A DNA stretch of 64,000 nt, from positions 66,511,269-66,575,268 of the forward strand of contig NC_090375.1 in NCBI RefSeq assembly GCF_036365525.1. The letters are read 5' to 3'. The number at the start of each line of letters is the position of its first letter. The stretch's first letter is position 1. Position numbers and translations under genes: made by a program. Source of the DNA: Heterodontus francisci. Taxonomy: Eukaryota. Positions 13,799 to 28,252 of this stretch are shown here, piece after piece. Under the pieces are notes generated by a model. The model did not search any database. It saw nothing but the letters and a program-made list of their open reading frames with translations, and was not told the DNA's origin.

Positions 13799-14648
13799 CT
13801 AATATAAGCAACACAGCACACTGCTTCAGTGACCACATATATTCTACAACAACAACTCTTGGCAGATCACTGACATTATTCAGACATATTTCAAATATGC
13901 TCGTGACTTAGATAACAGCTTTTAAAAAGAAGAGCTTTCAAAGATTTAATGTACTATGTCTCAATTTTCCAGAGCTTTGGAACATTACCTTTATAAAATA
14001 TATACATGTTAACCCCAGAATCAGCGTCATGACATTAGACATCCACCACTCTTGGAAAACAGGATTATTTGATATATTCTCCCTTTGGTTTAATTCCCTT
14101 ATCCCTCCTTACCACAAGGTACCAATTCATGTCGGGTTACTGCTGCATTGGTAGCTGTTGCCCTTTGGAACCTCACCCAAATGGTTATTCTTCATGTTTG
14201 AGTATGGACTTTGATTATTGTCATGTAACTGTCACAGCTGCCAATGTCCAGATGCAAACTTTACAGCAGGACATATAGACAGTGATCAGGAGTGATATGT
14301 GGAGTGAGGTCTGTGGATGGATTTGCAGCAAGGATGAGGATCTTAATATTGATTTTAAGGGGCACAAGGAGAGTTGAGTATAACTTAACTAAAATAGAGT
14401 TATACATTGTTTATTACAAAGTTTTGCAATGTATTTACAGCACAAAAACAGGCCATTTGACCCATCAGGTCCATGCTGGTGCTTCTGCTCCTCTTGAGCA
14501 TACTTTAGTTGTAAAAGGCAATTAAAGCCATTCGTAGCCAAATGGAAGCTGTAGCTCTTCGTGGGTCCGTCCTGGTGTCACTAATGGTTTATAAACTATA
14601 TTTTGTGTAAGAATGCTGGATATTGCCTCGTGGTGTGTAACTCCTTAC

Positions 14649-16266
14649 CATTGTAATTATAAACCAGATATTCCATATAGCCAGCTGAGTGGGGATGGTC
14701 ATTCACATCTCCAATGGTGACGGTTAAAGTACTTGTGGAACTCATGGGTGGGAATCCACTGTCAGTAATAATCACCGGCAGGTAGAAAATCTTTTGGTCC
14801 TCTCTGTCAAACATGCGGAGTGCTGTGAGACCAGCGCTGCCATTGTCAAAATCTTTCAAAGCAAAGCCAGTGGAATTACGATGTTGAGTTAATAAGGTGA
14901 ATGAGAAGGGAGCTCCATTCACTGGGCTATCTTTGTCTTTAGCATAAATCAATGTTGAGGTCTGATTTAACTGGATTACTTGGGGCGCAGCTGTGTTTTC
15001 CCAAACAATCGGTGTATAAGGAACCTCAAATTCTGGCCCATTGTCATTGACATCATGCACAGTTAAAATGACGGCTGCACTCCCAGTCAGAGCTGGACTT
15101 CCCAGGTCAGTGGCCAGCACCACCAGGTGGTGCTGTGGCATTAACTCACGATCCAGAGCACTGGCTATTGTAATCCAACCATTGCTATCCACAGAAAACT
15201 GCCCGAGTGGATCTGAATCCCTTGTGATGTTGTAGGTAAACTTTCCATTCTGAGCAGAATCCAAATCGACCGCTGTTACCTGGACAACTCTGGTTCCTAT
15301 GAAGACATCTTCCAGCAATGGATCAGCTTCGTAAAACTGTGGATAGAAGATTGGTGTGTGGTCATTGTAATCCTCCACATCAATGATACAGGTGGCTACG
15401 CTGAAAAAGTCCACATCTTCTGCTTTAATAGTTAAATTGAACTTTCTATCATGAGACTTCTCATAATCGAGTTTTTTCTTCAACTTGATCATGCCAAACT
15501 TTTTGAATTGATTTGTTTCAATGAAAAATTTATGATCTTCATCACCATCCATGATGCTGAATGTCATCAGGGCATTTTCTCCTTCATCAACGTCAGTGGC
15601 AGATACAACAAGAATCTGACTGTTGATCTCAATATTTTCAGAAATCTTTGCTCTGAAGACACTTTGCGTGAAGACTGGAGCATGATCGTTCACATCAGTA
15701 ACCAAAATAGTGGCTGTCCCAGTCCCTGTCAACCCACCTCCATCTCGAGCTTCTACCACAACTAGATATCTATCTTCTTTCTCTCTGTCCAGGGAACCCA
15801 ATACAGTGTATATAGTGCCAGTGGAAGAACTGATGGAAAACAGGTTGAGGTTGATTTCATTTCGAATATTCTGGATTATTCTATATGTCAATACTGCATT
15901 TTTTCCAGTCTTAGGGTCATCCAAATCAGTCGCAATCATCTCCATAATAGAAGTGTCTGCTGGGGAATTTTCTGGAACATATCCCATAAAGCAGCCATCA
16001 GAAGCACACAGAAACAGGGGCAGGTTGTCATTCACATCATGCACCTCAACAATTACATCAGAAAAACCAGTGAGTCCTTCACCATTTTCATCAGTGGCGA
16101 GAACGAGGAAGCGCCAGATGGATCGTTCCTCACGGTCTAATTTTTTTCTTGCGTAGATTTTACCAGTGAGCTCATCAATGGTAAATTCACTGTTAGCCCC
16201 CTGTCCATGGAGAGAGTAACGTAAGGCGCTCTGGTCTGCTTCCTGGTCTGGGTCAGTAGCTGAAAC
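14649..16266 (-). CDS. Type III cadherin exon 8 (large exon, about 5 cadherin repeats)
   Basis: ACAG|GTT...AATG|GTAAGG, 1618 nt, phase 0 to 1; repeated LDRE/LDYE, AxDxD and DxNDxxP motifs; contains most of the 482-aa ORF of the track. Confidence 0.96.
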
Positions 16267-17859
16267 CTGTAGAAGTGGAAGAAAAATACAATGATCACTT
16301 TGAAGAAAATGATCCTTTCTGTATAGATATTAGTCCCCAGAACTCATAAAATCTGGTAATTTTTTAACTAAAGTGCAGGGTGGTGCTATTTAAACACTGG
16401 TGGCAGAAAAAGATCCTTGCAACCCATTTCCTGCAATAACTCCTGAAGAAAGCTAACAGTTTGAAACAGAAAACTTTTTTTAAATGTCAAAGTGTAAACT
16501 TTTTATTAAGTGTCAAAGTTCTTTTTGTTCATTTTATTTTCTCCAATTCCCTTTCCTTACAAGGTTGTCTTCACCACACACTGAAGTTGAAAGGGCAAGC
16601 TAACACATCACTCCAGGTTTCTGCCAATCCCACCCTACCTACTAGGACATGCATAAGATGTAATTCGAGTTCTGATGAAAGGTCACACGGACCTGATAAA
16701 TTAACTCTGCTTTTCTCTCAACAGATGCTGCCTTTCCTGCTGAGTGTTTCCAGCATTTTCTGTCTTTGTTTCAGATTTCCAGCATCAGTAGTATTTTGTT
16801 TCTGTATTAGACTCATTAAGAGCCTTGTTAACCATAGTTAAAGGAGGCCAACTGGGATTTTCCAGTTGGCCTTCAGTTTCCTGATGCAACAGGGGAAGTT
16901 TAACTGTCTGGAGACAGACACTCCCTGCCTGCCTGGGTGTGAATGTAGCCAAAGACTGCCCTTTAAAGGGATTCCCCCAACATTGTGGTGGCCTAGCTGC
17001 TGAATCTATTTTTTTATTTAAAGTTTTAAAAAAGTCACCTCCATGTTGAAGCACCCTCTCAGTTACTTACCCTCTACTGCAGCCTGCTCCTCCTCTGATT
17101 GGCCCTCCAGCTTCGAGAGCCCCCCAGCCTCCCTTAATTGGACAGGAAACCTGTCAATTAAGGGGGTGCCACCGTGAAAATCCCATAGTGTGATTGTTTC
17201 CCTTTAGAGGATTGTTTGGGACCCAGAAATAGTCCCGACCCTTGTTTCCTGCTCCTACAGGGAAGACTCAGCCCCTGATCTCTGCTCATTGCTTCATAAT
17301 GGCAACACTGTGATTTCACTGGGTGGGGAACTGTGAATGCCAATATAAATGTCTCTATTGGTTGGGGACTTTTTAACAGTTTGTTGCTTCCAGTACTTTT
17401 GATTTAACCTCCAAAATATTGTACTATCACCAACGACTTATTAAATGGGGTGGAAAGATACTTCCATTATGTCAATATCTTGATGGATTTCCTAGTGGCT
17501 TGATATGTTCTATCTTCGTATAGTTTGAATATTAGCTTGAACTTCTATAAGCTAACAAGAATCTCATCATACAGATGGATCTCTCAACATCAGAGTTTCA
17601 TTTGTTTTGCAAGGTAACCGTGCCGTTCCTTTAACATAGTTGAATTGTTTTTGACAAACTATGGTACTGATAGTTTTCCTAAGATTAGTCTCACTAATCA
17701 ATTTTTACTTATTGGAAATTAACACCCAATTAGTCCTCGATTTATTAGTTTAAATTAAGTTAAGGTTGGACTAGAGGAGAAAAATTTAAATTAGTGGAAA
17801 ACAACATTTAAATTAGATAGTTTTTAGTTTTATATGAATTCTGTATTTTATAAATAGTG

Positions 17860-18215
17860 GCATGGTGAGCTAAAACAAAGAGGTAATGTTAAACATTTAT
17901 AAATCATTGGTCAGACAGCTATTAAATAGACAGTTTTGGATTTACTTTATGGGTGTAAAGACCATGGAGTGGGTGCAGACAGATTCATTGATATCAGGGA
18001 CGAGAGGCTTTAGTTATGAAGAGAGACGAGAGAAAATAGCATTCGTTTCACAACACACCAAAGATTAATAGTAGATCTCATAAAGGTGCTCAAAGATATG
18101 AGGGTTTTAATAAAGTAGTTTTAATAAGGCTGGTTGGTGAGTTGATAACTAGAAGGCATTTGTTTAAAATCATGATCAAAAGAACAAAGGGAAAGGTGAG
18201 GAGAATTTTAATTTG
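17860..18215 (+). mobile_element. Old CR1 LINE fragment
   Basis: MLNIYKSLVRQ...FSYEER remnant of ORF2 C-terminus. Confidence 0.65.
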
Positions 18216-18479
18216 GCGGAATATTAGGACATGTTTTTATGTTGCTCCCATTTTAAAATTCATGTTTTACCTCTTGTCAGGTCACACTGGTAGACAACCT
18301 ACACATTATTTCATGAACTGGGGCTAAACTCAAATCAAGACTCACAAAGGTGAAAGGACAGCATTTTAATCTACCGTATCATCCAACTCCATGGGTCACT
18401 TTTTAAAAATAAAATCACTTTCCCTTAATATTGTTATAAATAAGTTATTATTTACACGTTTCTGCAAGAAATTACACAC

Positions 18480-18763
18480 CTGTAGGACAAGAACTGGCAG
18501 GTCCAGGAGTTCTTCCATAACACTGTCATGATACTCATTCTGTGTGAAGATTGGTGCCTCGTCATTTTTGTTGATGACATTGACAGTCACTAATGTTTGG
18601 TTTTCCCACTTTCCATCTGAAGCCACAAGCCTCAGCTCGTAGTGTTGCTCTTGTTCATAATTTAACCGCTGAGCTATAAAGATTGTTCCAACTTCTGGCT
18701 CCACATCAAACATTCCTTTGACATTCCCCGAGGTGATCTGATACCTCAGTTTAGCATTTGCCC
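18480..18763 (-). CDS. Type III cadherin exon 7
   Basis: TTAG|GG...CAG|GTGTGT, 284 nt, phase 1 to 0; GANAKLRYQITSGN...LNYEQEQHYELRLVASDG...NKNDEAPIF...VLQ. Confidence 0.92.
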
Positions 18764-19431
18764 CTAAAGGAAAATGAAAACAAAGAAATGCAATCTCCCT
18801 TTGATACATGTTAACTTGTTATGATGTAGTAACCTTATCAGGATTTTCTTTTTGATGTGCTCCAGTTTTCATGAAAGCTTTCCCTACTTTATACACGAAC
18901 ACACTCCACCATTTTATTTTTCTAAAAGAATATTTAAACAAGCTAAAATTTACAGCATGGCTATAAGTGAATCTATCTTGTGTAAACACTATATTAAATT
19001 CACATTACTGCTACACCTAAGTATTGACACATTAAAGCAGTGGGCTGAATTTTCCCAGCCACGTGTTGGCAGTTTTGGAGGCGGGGGGAGAGGCCAGGAA
19101 AATTTGGGGGGAGCCCCGTAGGGATGGCTCCTGGACCCCTCCCTGCTGCCGGGGAACTTTCCTGGGGTGGGCTGGAAAGCAGATCAGCTGTCTGCTCCAC
19201 AGAGGCAGCAGCCAATTACGGTAGATAAGGCTCCAATTAGGGCGATTATGTGGCGTTGATGGCAATTTGCCGCAGGTGGAGCATGCAGAATACGCCATCT
19301 CCTTGCAGGCGGTCTCATATGCATCAGACTGGAGGCTCCATGCCTCAAAGAGGGGCTGCTTTCATGAAAGGCCGCAATTGTGGCCAAGATTGATTCATCA
19401 GAGGGGGTTCCCCTCCACCCTGATTGGCCTG

Positions 19432-22187
19432 AGACATTGTGAATAGTACAGAACACTGTCCCATCATCAGCGAACATCCCACTTCTGACCTTATGATGGA
19501 GGGAAGGTCATTGCTGAAGCAACTGAAGATGGTTGGGGCTAGGACACTGCCCTGAGGAACTCCTGCAGTGATGTTCTGGGGTAGAGATGATTGGCCTTCG
19601 GCAATCACAACCATCTTCCTTTGTGCTAGTAGAGAGTGCTCTCCCTGATTCTCTCCCAGAAATTACTTCAATTTAGTAATTTTGACGCTGAATTTGGTGA
19701 AATGCTGCCTTGATGTCAACGGCAGTCACTCTCACCATTGGAAATTCAACTCTTTTGTCCATGTTTAGACCAAGGCTGTAATGAGGTCTGGACTTGAGTG
19801 GTCTTGGTGGATACTAAATTGAACATCATTGAGCAGGTTCTTGGTGAGTAATTGTCACTTGATAGCACTGTCGATGACCCATTTTGCTGATGATTGAGTG
19901 TAGTCTGGTGAGGCGGTAATCAGCCGGAATGGATTTGTCCTGCTTTTTGTGGGCAGTTTTCCCTTTGACGAGTTACTGTTGTAACTTACTGGAAAAGTTT
20001 GGCTAGAGGCAGGGCGGGTTCTGCAGCACAATTCTTTGCAGTACAGCTGGGATATTATTGCGGCCACAGCTTTTCAGTATCCAGTGCATTCGTCCATTTC
20101 TTGATATCACATGGAGTGAATCAAATTGGCTAAAGACTGGCTTCTGTGATGTTGGGCACCTCAGGTGGAGGCCAAGGTAGAGTAGCCACTCAGCACTTCT
20201 GGCTAAAGATGGTTGCCAATGCTTTAGCCTTGTGTTTTGCACTCATGTGCTGGGCTCCGCCATCATTGAGGATGGGGATGTTCATTGAACCTTCTCCTCC
20301 CATTGGCAGTTTAATTGTCCAGCACCATTTATGACTGAATGTGACAAGTCTGCACTGTATAAAGAAACCCTGCACAGGAAAACCTGCCATGATGCAAACA
20401 GGTGAGTCCCACATATCCCATAGCCCAGTAAATGCTCCAGCATCTGTAGCTCAGCAAATGATTTGTATTTCAATGTCTGGATATAAGGATGAAAGTCCAA
20501 AGTAATTGTGGGACAGAGATCAGCAGGCAGAATTGGTAAGTGAGATTTTATTATGAGTTATAGCCTAAAACACATGGTAGCAACTTTAAGGTAATGTTTG
20601 ATACACAGTCACCTCTAGTTTTCCTTCAGACTGTTAATATCAATGCTCTTTGACTTTCTGACATTGATTATTCTGTAGCAGAGTCGCATCCAATCTATTT
20701 ATTCACGAGCAGCAAATTTTTATTTTACTCTTTCATGGGATATGAGCATCACTGGCAAGGCCAGCATTTATTGCCCAACCCTAATTGCCCTTAAGAAGGT
20801 GGTGGTGAGCTGCCTTCTTGAACCACTGAAGTCCATCTGGTATGGGTACACCCACAGTGCTGTTAGGGTGTGAGTTCCAGGATGTTGACCCAGCGACAGT
20901 AAAGGAACAGCGATATAGTTCCAAGTCAGGATGGTGTGTGGCTTGGAGGAGAGCTTGCAGGTGGTGGTGTTCCCAAGCATCTGCTGCACTTGTCCTTCTA
21001 GGTGGTAGAAGTCACAGGTTTGGAAGGTGCTGTTGAAGGAGCCTTGGCCAGTTGCTGCAGTGTTTCATGTATATGGGACACACTGCTGCTACTGTGCATT
21101 GGTGGTGAAAGGTGTGAATGTTTAAGGTGGTGAATGGGCTGCCAATCAAGTGGGCTCCTTTGTTCTGGATGGTGTCGAGCTTCTTGAGTGGTGTTGGAGT
21201 GGCACTCATCCAGGCAAGTGGAGAGTATTCCATCTCACTCTTGACTTGTGTTTTATAGATGGTGGACAGGTATTGGGGAGACAGGAGGTGAGTTACTTGC
21301 AGCAGAATTCCCTGCTCTATTAGCCACAGTATTTATATGGCTGGTTTAGTTAAGTTTCTGGTCAATGGTAACCCCCAGGATGTTAAAGCTGGGGGATTCA
21401 GCGATGGTAATGCCGTTAAATGTCAAGGGGAGATGGTTAGATTATCTCTTGTTGGAGATGGTCATTGCCTAGCAATTGTGTGGCGCGAATGTTACTTGCC
21501 ACTTATCAGCCCTAGCCTGAAAGATGTCCATGTCTTGCTGCATGTGGACACACAACTGAGGAGTTGTGAATGGTACTGAACACTGTGCAATCATCAGCAA
21601 GCATCCCCATTTCTGACCTTATGATGGAGGGAATGCTATTGCTGAAGCAGCTCAAGATGGTTGGGTCTAGGACACTACCATGAGGAACTCCAGCAGCGAT
21701 GTCCCGGGGCTTTGATATTTGGTCTCCAACAACAACAAACATCTTCCTTTGTGCTAGGTATGAATCCAACCAGTGGAGAATTTTTCCCCTGATTCCCATT
21801 GACTCCAGTTTTGCTCAGGCTCCTTGATGCCATACTCAGTCAAATGCTGGCTTGATATCAAGGTCAGTCACTCTCACCTCACTTCTGAAATTCAGCTCTT
21901 TTGTCCATGTTTGGACCAAGGCTGTAATGAGGTCAGGAGCTGAGTGGCCTTAGTGCAACCCAAAGTGAGCATCAGTGAACAGGCTATTGCTATGTAAGTG
22001 TCGCTTGATAGCAATGTCGATGACACCTTCCATCACTTTGCTGATGATCTATAGTAAATTGATGGGACGTCAGTTGGCTGGATTGGATTGGATTTGTCCT
22101 GCTTTTGTGGACAGGACATACCTGGGCAATTTTCCACATTGTCGGGTAGATGCCAGGGTTTTAGCTGTACAGAAACAGCTTGGCTAG
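19432..22187 (-). mobile_element. Two adjacent copies (about 19432-20340 and 20728-22187) of a second CR1-clade LINE family
   Basis: GVPQGSVL/MFADD RT motifs, MGIRGK..LHWLxSYL; 3' end GGGCAATAAATGCTGGCC. Confidence 0.85.
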
Positions 22188-22667
22188 GGATGATGAAATG
22201 GGAATCCCTTTGCACAATTTGCACTTCTGCAGTTTCACCACATTGTGGACTTAAACTTCTTTAAGAGATCATTAAAGATTATTTTATTGATGGAACAATA
22301 CCCACTTTCCCTGAGTTTATTTTTAAATTCCACTCACAAATATTCTGTCCTATTCCAGAAAGCGAAAACCCAAGAGTGGGAATATAGTTTTATAGGCACA
22401 GCTATTGTTCATGTGTGTACCCAGATAGTGAATTGCAGCCACTTATTTGACTGTGTGCATGTGGTGGGGTGGCGGGGAAGGGGTTTGTAATAGGCAAGAT
22501 CATCCCTGTTGCCCGCTTTATGTATTTTCCAGTCGGGGGTCACTCGACGACAATCAGCTGCACCATTCTTGACTGATTTTACTCTGGAATTCCAAGACCA
22601 ATTATAAGCACCTTTTTACTGTGAAATCACATGTGAAAGAATAGCAGCAGGTTACACAAAGACGCAC

Positions 22668-22811
22668 CTTCATCTCCATCATTTGCAGAAACTGTGATAA
22701 CAACAAACCCAATGTCCTTGTCCTCATCTACACTTATTGTATAGGTTTCTTGTGGGAAGACTGGTGCATTATCATTCACATCACTGACAAAAATCCTCAC
22801 ATATGCTGTGT
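22668..22811 (-). CDS. Type III cadherin exon 6 (not in ORF track)
   Basis: CAG|AC...GAAG|GTGCGT, 144 nt, phase 1 to 1; DTAYVRIFVSDVNDNAPVFPQETYTISVDEDKDIGFVVITVSANDGDE. Confidence 0.92.
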
Positions 22812-23074
22812 CTGTGAACAGAAAAAGAAATGCACATTCACCTTTAAAGAGTTACTATCGTGCAATGCGGAAACATACTACTGCTGATAGAAATATCCTC
22901 AGAGTGTTTTCCATATGTAAACGTGCGGCCAACTGAAGGTTGAATTCTGATTAATTCAGTGGTAAGAACACATCACAATAAGGAAGCCTGTATCAACCCA
23001 GGGCAGTGTTGAAATGCTTTCAATGCAGCATTTGCTGCTGGGATGTTTCTGTTTGGTACAGCTTCTTCAGTCTT

Positions 23075-23460
23075 CAGCTCTGGATGAGGTGTCGATGGCA
23101 GAATAGTAGCCATCTGAATACAAAGTAAAGGGATTAAGAAAGAAACGGGGGGGTCGGGGGGTGGGGGGAAGGTAGGGGGCAGGGGAACCAGCAAAAAAAA
23201 CACGAGAAAAGGGGGGGAAAAAGGTCACAATCTAAAATTATTGAACTCAATGTTGAGTCTGGGAGGCTGTAAGGTGCCAAGGACAGAAAGGTCAGAACCT
23301 ATTACATCTCTAACCTTTGCCAGTTCTTGATGAAAGGCCATTGACTTGAAACATTAATTCTGCTTTTCTCTCCACAGATGCTGCCTGCCCTGCTGACTCT
23401 TTCCAGTATTTTCTGTTTTTGTTTCAGATTTCCAGCATCTGCAGTATTTTGCTTTTGTAT
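23075..23460. mobile_element. Penelope fragment with inverted 3' end
   Basis: Minus-strand GTLQPPRLNIEFNNFR (GIY-YIG ORF end) next to a plus-strand TTGATGAAAGGCC..GACTTGAAACATTAA..CAGATGCTGCC terminal unit. Confidence 0.65.
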
Positions 23461-23494
23461 TCTTAATATTACTTGTTGATATTATTTTGTTCTC

Positions 23495-23888
23495 ATAGAA
23501 TGGATGCAACACAGAAGGAGGCCCTTCAGCCCATCATATCTGTGCTGGCTCTCTGCAAGAGCAACTTAGCTAGTCCCACTTCCCTGTCCTTTCCCTTTAG
23601 CCCCACATTTTCTTTTTCTTTTCAGGTGCATATGCAATTCCCTTTTGAAAGCCAAGATTGAATTTCCCTCCATCACACTCTCAGGCAGTGCATTCCAGAT
23701 CCTAACCACTCGCTGTTTAAAACGAATTTTCCTCTTGTCACTGTTAGTTCTTTTGCAAATCACCTTAAATTGGTGTCCTGTTGTTCTCGACCCTTCCGCC
23801 AATGGGAACAGTTTCTCTCTATCTACCCTGTCTGGACACATGATGTTGAGCATCTCTATTAAATCTCCTCTCAACCTTCTCTTTTCTA
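23495..23888 (-). mobile_element. CR1 LINE 3' fragment
   Basis: LEKRRLRGDLIE...RVVRIWNALP. Confidence 0.85.
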
Positions 23889-24046
23889 ATGTAGTAAAAT
23901 GCCCCAAGGCAATTCACAGGAGCATTATCAAATAAAATTTGACATTCTGTTGCTTAATTTGAAATTACTCTTAGCCAATTAAACTTTTAAACAATGTGCA
24001 TGATTATGTGTGGACAAACACACCCACTCATTTTCTCATTTTGTAC

Positions 24047-24233
24047 CTGTGTTTGGCTGTCCATGCATACCAGGCCTAGCAGACTCGGAGTTGTCCTGAG
24101 ACTGAACTTCTATCAGGTAGGACCCTTTCACCTCCCTGTCAAAGGATGTCTGTGTGAATATTACTCCTGTTTCAAAATCAATGCTGAAGTAATGGTAGTC
24201 TCCACTGAGGTCCTTCACTATAGCATAATTGAT
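24047..24233 (-). CDS. Type III cadherin exon 5
   Basis: CAG|ATC...ACAG|GTACAA, 187 nt, phase 0 to 1; INYAIVKDLSGDYHYFSIDFETGVIFTQTSFDRE...GQPNT. Confidence 0.92.
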
Positions 24234-25825
24234 CTGTGATTGGAAGGAAAAAAAGCAAGTGAATCCTTAACTTTGAATGAGGCCTTTCCACCCTGTAAGG
24301 CTTAGCTTTGCAGTTACTTTATATCATGGCATATGGGTTGCTTCAAAATAAATTCATATGTATTCAAATAGAAAAATAAAGCAAAATAATTGTTTATACG
24401 TTATGACATTTTGCAATTTACTTTGTATCATGATGCCTGCACTGGTAGTTATAACCTCTAGACCCCGGTATGGTAACTGGGGTACTCCATTTTCTATCTG
24501 AAGAATATGGTCTGTATTACTCCATAGCAGCAAAATATAACAGGGCTATATTCCAACAACCTCATCCTATAAAATCTACCAACTTGATTTGATATCAATT
24601 TGTCCAGAAATGAGATACAGCCAGGGGACTATGTGGGGATGTAGGTTAGCACTCTATCATTTCACCTCTAAATAAGGGACTAGAAATCAGTGCAGACTGA
24701 TGGAATAAAAGTCATAGCTCTCTGACAACTGTAAACATATTACAGGAAATGAATTTAAGGCACCTTAAGCTAGGACTTAATGCATATAACTCCACCAAAC
24801 CGGAAAATAGCAGGGCAGTAGAATTAATTTTGGACTGTTCTAGCAAAGAGCAAGCATCAACACATTGGGCCAAATGGACTCCTACTGTACTGTAAATTTC
24901 TACAGCTATAGAAAGGAAGATGTTGGCCTACCCACCCTCAATGCCAGGCCACCTCCAACCCTACTTCAAAACTTGTAAGCAAATAAATGTAGTTATGGCT
25001 GACTATCTTTGTTAAATTTTGATCATACATACATTTATGAAATTTACACATAAAAATTCTCTGCTCATTAGGAATGATTGGCTGTTGAAGTCAAGGTAGG
25101 GCTGCATCAGATGCTTGTGAGGAGGGCTTTCCTCTCTACTACTTCACAGCACCATCCCATAGGTCAGCAAGGTGCTATGTTCCTAAGAAAATGATTATAA
25201 GTTTCAGGCCACAACTGACCATTACTGTTTACTGTCTACTGACCATTACTAACCTAATGTGCAAGCATTTGGCTGTGTTGTAGCCACGGGCTTCTTTGCA
25301 GCAGATGGCACAGCTTAGCATCTGCCCTTCCGAGGATGCAGACACTAAGAAAGTAGGGTCATATTATCATTCCTAGGTAGGTTTTCCAGAGCCTGCAGAT
25401 ATGGTTGGTGGCATCCTGGCAGTGCACAAAACAGACAATGTGGGCTCCTAATCACCCTAGCATGCCTTCTTTCATGCAGTACAATGTGAAGCATGACATG
25501 TTATGATTCTAAAAAAACTTTGCAACATAAGAGTTAGTTATTCAGTTATTTGCATTTCATTTTGATGCCTCTGGAGGTCATTTTATGTAGTCATCTTTGG
25601 AAAGAGGAGCCTTCACCAACAGTGTCTGTGAAAGTGAGGTATTCTACCTCACCTTACAGATGTAGGGGTCTAAGTGTTGTGACAGGTCACAGAAGACCTG
25701 TACCTGTTGGGCAGCCTGACTGCCCGCCATCCTTATCTAGCTTCTCCTCTTCCTCCCAAGATGTCAGTTTGGAGGATTCCTAATGACAAAATCTCTGGTG
25801 CCAATAAAGGAAGCTTGGAGTGAAC

Positions 25826-26196
25826 AAATAAGAACATAAGATCGTAAGAAATAGGAGCAGGAGTAGGCAATTCGGCCCCTCGAGCCTGCTCTGCCATTCA
25901 ATAAGATCATAGCTGATCTGATATTGGCCTGGACTCCACTTTCCTGCCGGCCCCCATAATCCTTGACTCTCTTGTAGATCAAAAATCTGTCTAACTCAGC
26001 CTTGAATATATTCAGTGACTCAGCATCCACTGTTCTCTGGGGTAGAGAATTCCAAAGATTAACAACTCTCTAAGAGAAGAAATTACTCCTCATTTCTGTC
26101 TTAAAAGGGAGACCCCTTATTCTGAAACTGTGCCCCCTAGTTCTAGATTCCCCCACAAGAGGAAACATCCTCTCAGCACCTTCCCTGTCAAGCCCC
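25826..26196 (-). mobile_element. CR1 LINE 3' fragment
   Basis: SLNIFKAELDRFL; repeat tail. Confidence 0.85.
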
Positions 26197-27446
26197 TGTC
26201 AATGAAAGGCAGCTGGCACAAAAGCCAACTGTAGGTACAACTGAGGACTCATTCCCACCAGCTTGTCAAGGGTATTCTGCAGATTCAACATTTATCACAC
26301 CTATGGGCTTGAAAATGGGCTTTTAAGTTGGCTAATGGAGGTCTTCCTGCTTTGGGCAGGAGCTTGAGCCACCCACCTCATACCAGGCCCTGGAAGATAG
26401 AGCATGGCCCAAAATCATCAACAATCCGGTGAAACTGTTTTCTACCAGATTTGCTGACATCTGCCACCCTGTGAGCACCTCAATTTAGGGCGCTAAGAAA
26501 ATGAAATTCAGCCCCTTTTTTTTGTTTCATGTTTAAGCTCATATTGGACTCAACACCCAGTATACCACATCATTCTGCAACTAGGATGAGAAAACATTCA
26601 TCTCATAAGTCTAGCCTTAATTCAAACCCACATCTTAGAAATGTTGTAATCCACCTCACCACTCTCTCAACAGGCTGGTTCTTATTTCTGTGTGAATTCC
26701 ATACATTTACATCAAATAGTGTTGAACTAATGGCTGCAATCATCATGGCATGTAAGACAAATATTTATGAATACAAAATCAACATATATATACCTGAGTT
26801 TAAGTTTATGTTATTTCCTTTAAGTAGCTGGCAAGTACTTATGAATTGCCCATAAGTAGTTTCTGAAAGCTTTCCCTGTAGGATTTATATGGCAGTGTGC
26901 TGACTGCACATTGAGAGTAGAAAACAAGGTTCAATTAGGATTTACTGCAGGGATGCACAAATCGGTCTGGATGTCCATTTTTACAATATCCTTTTGTACA
27001 GTGACAAACCCAACAATGCAAAGCATATCCAGTTTGAGTTTTTACAGTCCAGTGAACATACCCTTCTAGGTTCCTTACTACCTCTGGGATGTAGTTCAGA
27101 CATTTGTTTATTAACATTTGCAATCTTTGAAGCAGCTGTCTGAACACTGTCTACAACACAACACCAAGTAAGGTTGAGTTAGTGTATTACACATTGTAAT
27201 TGCTGCATTTTCTTTCAGATAATATCTATTTTGTTCTGTTCATTTTCAGCATCACAAAATAGCTTGGATGCATAAAATGTTAGGAATTTGAGAGGTATAA
27301 GGTTGCCTAGTAGAATATGAAATAAATGTTAAGTTTGTAAGAAGCAAAGACAATTCAAAAATGTCAAAGCCATGGACCTCTGTAAATCAGTAACATTTAC
27401 CCACATTAACCTTTGAAAGTAGCTGTTCATTATTCCATTCACCTAA

Positions 27447-27895
27447 ATAGATTGGGTCGATTAGGCTTGTATTCACTAGAGTTTAGAAGAATGAGAGGGG
27501 ATCTCATAGAAACCTACAAAATTCTAACAGGACTGGATAGACTAGATGCAGGAAGGATGTTCCCGATGGCGGGGGAGGCCAGGACCAGGGGTCACAGTCT
27601 AAGGATAAGGGGTAAGCTATTTAGGACTGAGATGAGGAGAGATTTCTTCACCCAGAGAGTGGTGAACCTGTGGAATTCTCTACCACAGAAAGCAGTTGAG
27701 GCCAAATCATTAAATATATTCAAGAAAGAGTTAGATATAGTTCTTAGGGCTAAAGGGATCAAGGGATATGGGGAGAAAGCGAGAACAGGGTACTGAATTT
27801 GGATGATCAGCCATGATCGTACTGAATGGTGGTGCAGGCTCGAAGGGCTGAATGGTCTACTTTTGCTCCTATTTTTCTATGTTTCTATGTTTCTA
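27447..27895 (+). mobile_element. CR1 LINE 3' fragment
   Basis: LEFRRMRGDLIETYKIL...WNSLP; tail (TTTCTATG)n. Confidence 0.9.
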
Positions 27896-28252
27896 AATAG
27901 CAATTCAATGTAACAAGATGGACATGAACCAGGCAAAGCTGCCAAGAATTCAATGTTAATGTTTTTGTGGGATAGTTATAGAATATCTGGAATCTAAAGA
28001 AACTGTCTTTGGGATAAAAAAGCAATGTTATTGGCTCCCCTGGTTTAGGCTGATTGGCAGCCTTAAAGACAACCTGAAATGTAAATGTGGATGCAGTCAT
28101 GCTCTCACTTGCTGTTTCTTTTTCTCAGAACTTTAATTCATTGCCCATCTCTCTCTTTCCACACTTTTTCCCTTTCTCTTTGCAAATTTCCATATGTGTT
28201 AGTGATGCAGTTGGTATAGATATCAGAACCCACAGCTCTTGGAGTTTATGAA

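Noticed and set aside
12965-13807. GC-rich ORFs up to 147 aa, also at 5752-6269, 35671-36036 and 52813-53428
   Set aside because: Lie largely inside non-coding MITEs; frames are not conserved between homologous copies
15041-16156. Plus-strand ORFs of 64-148 aa
   Set aside because: Antisense shadows of the large cadherin exon
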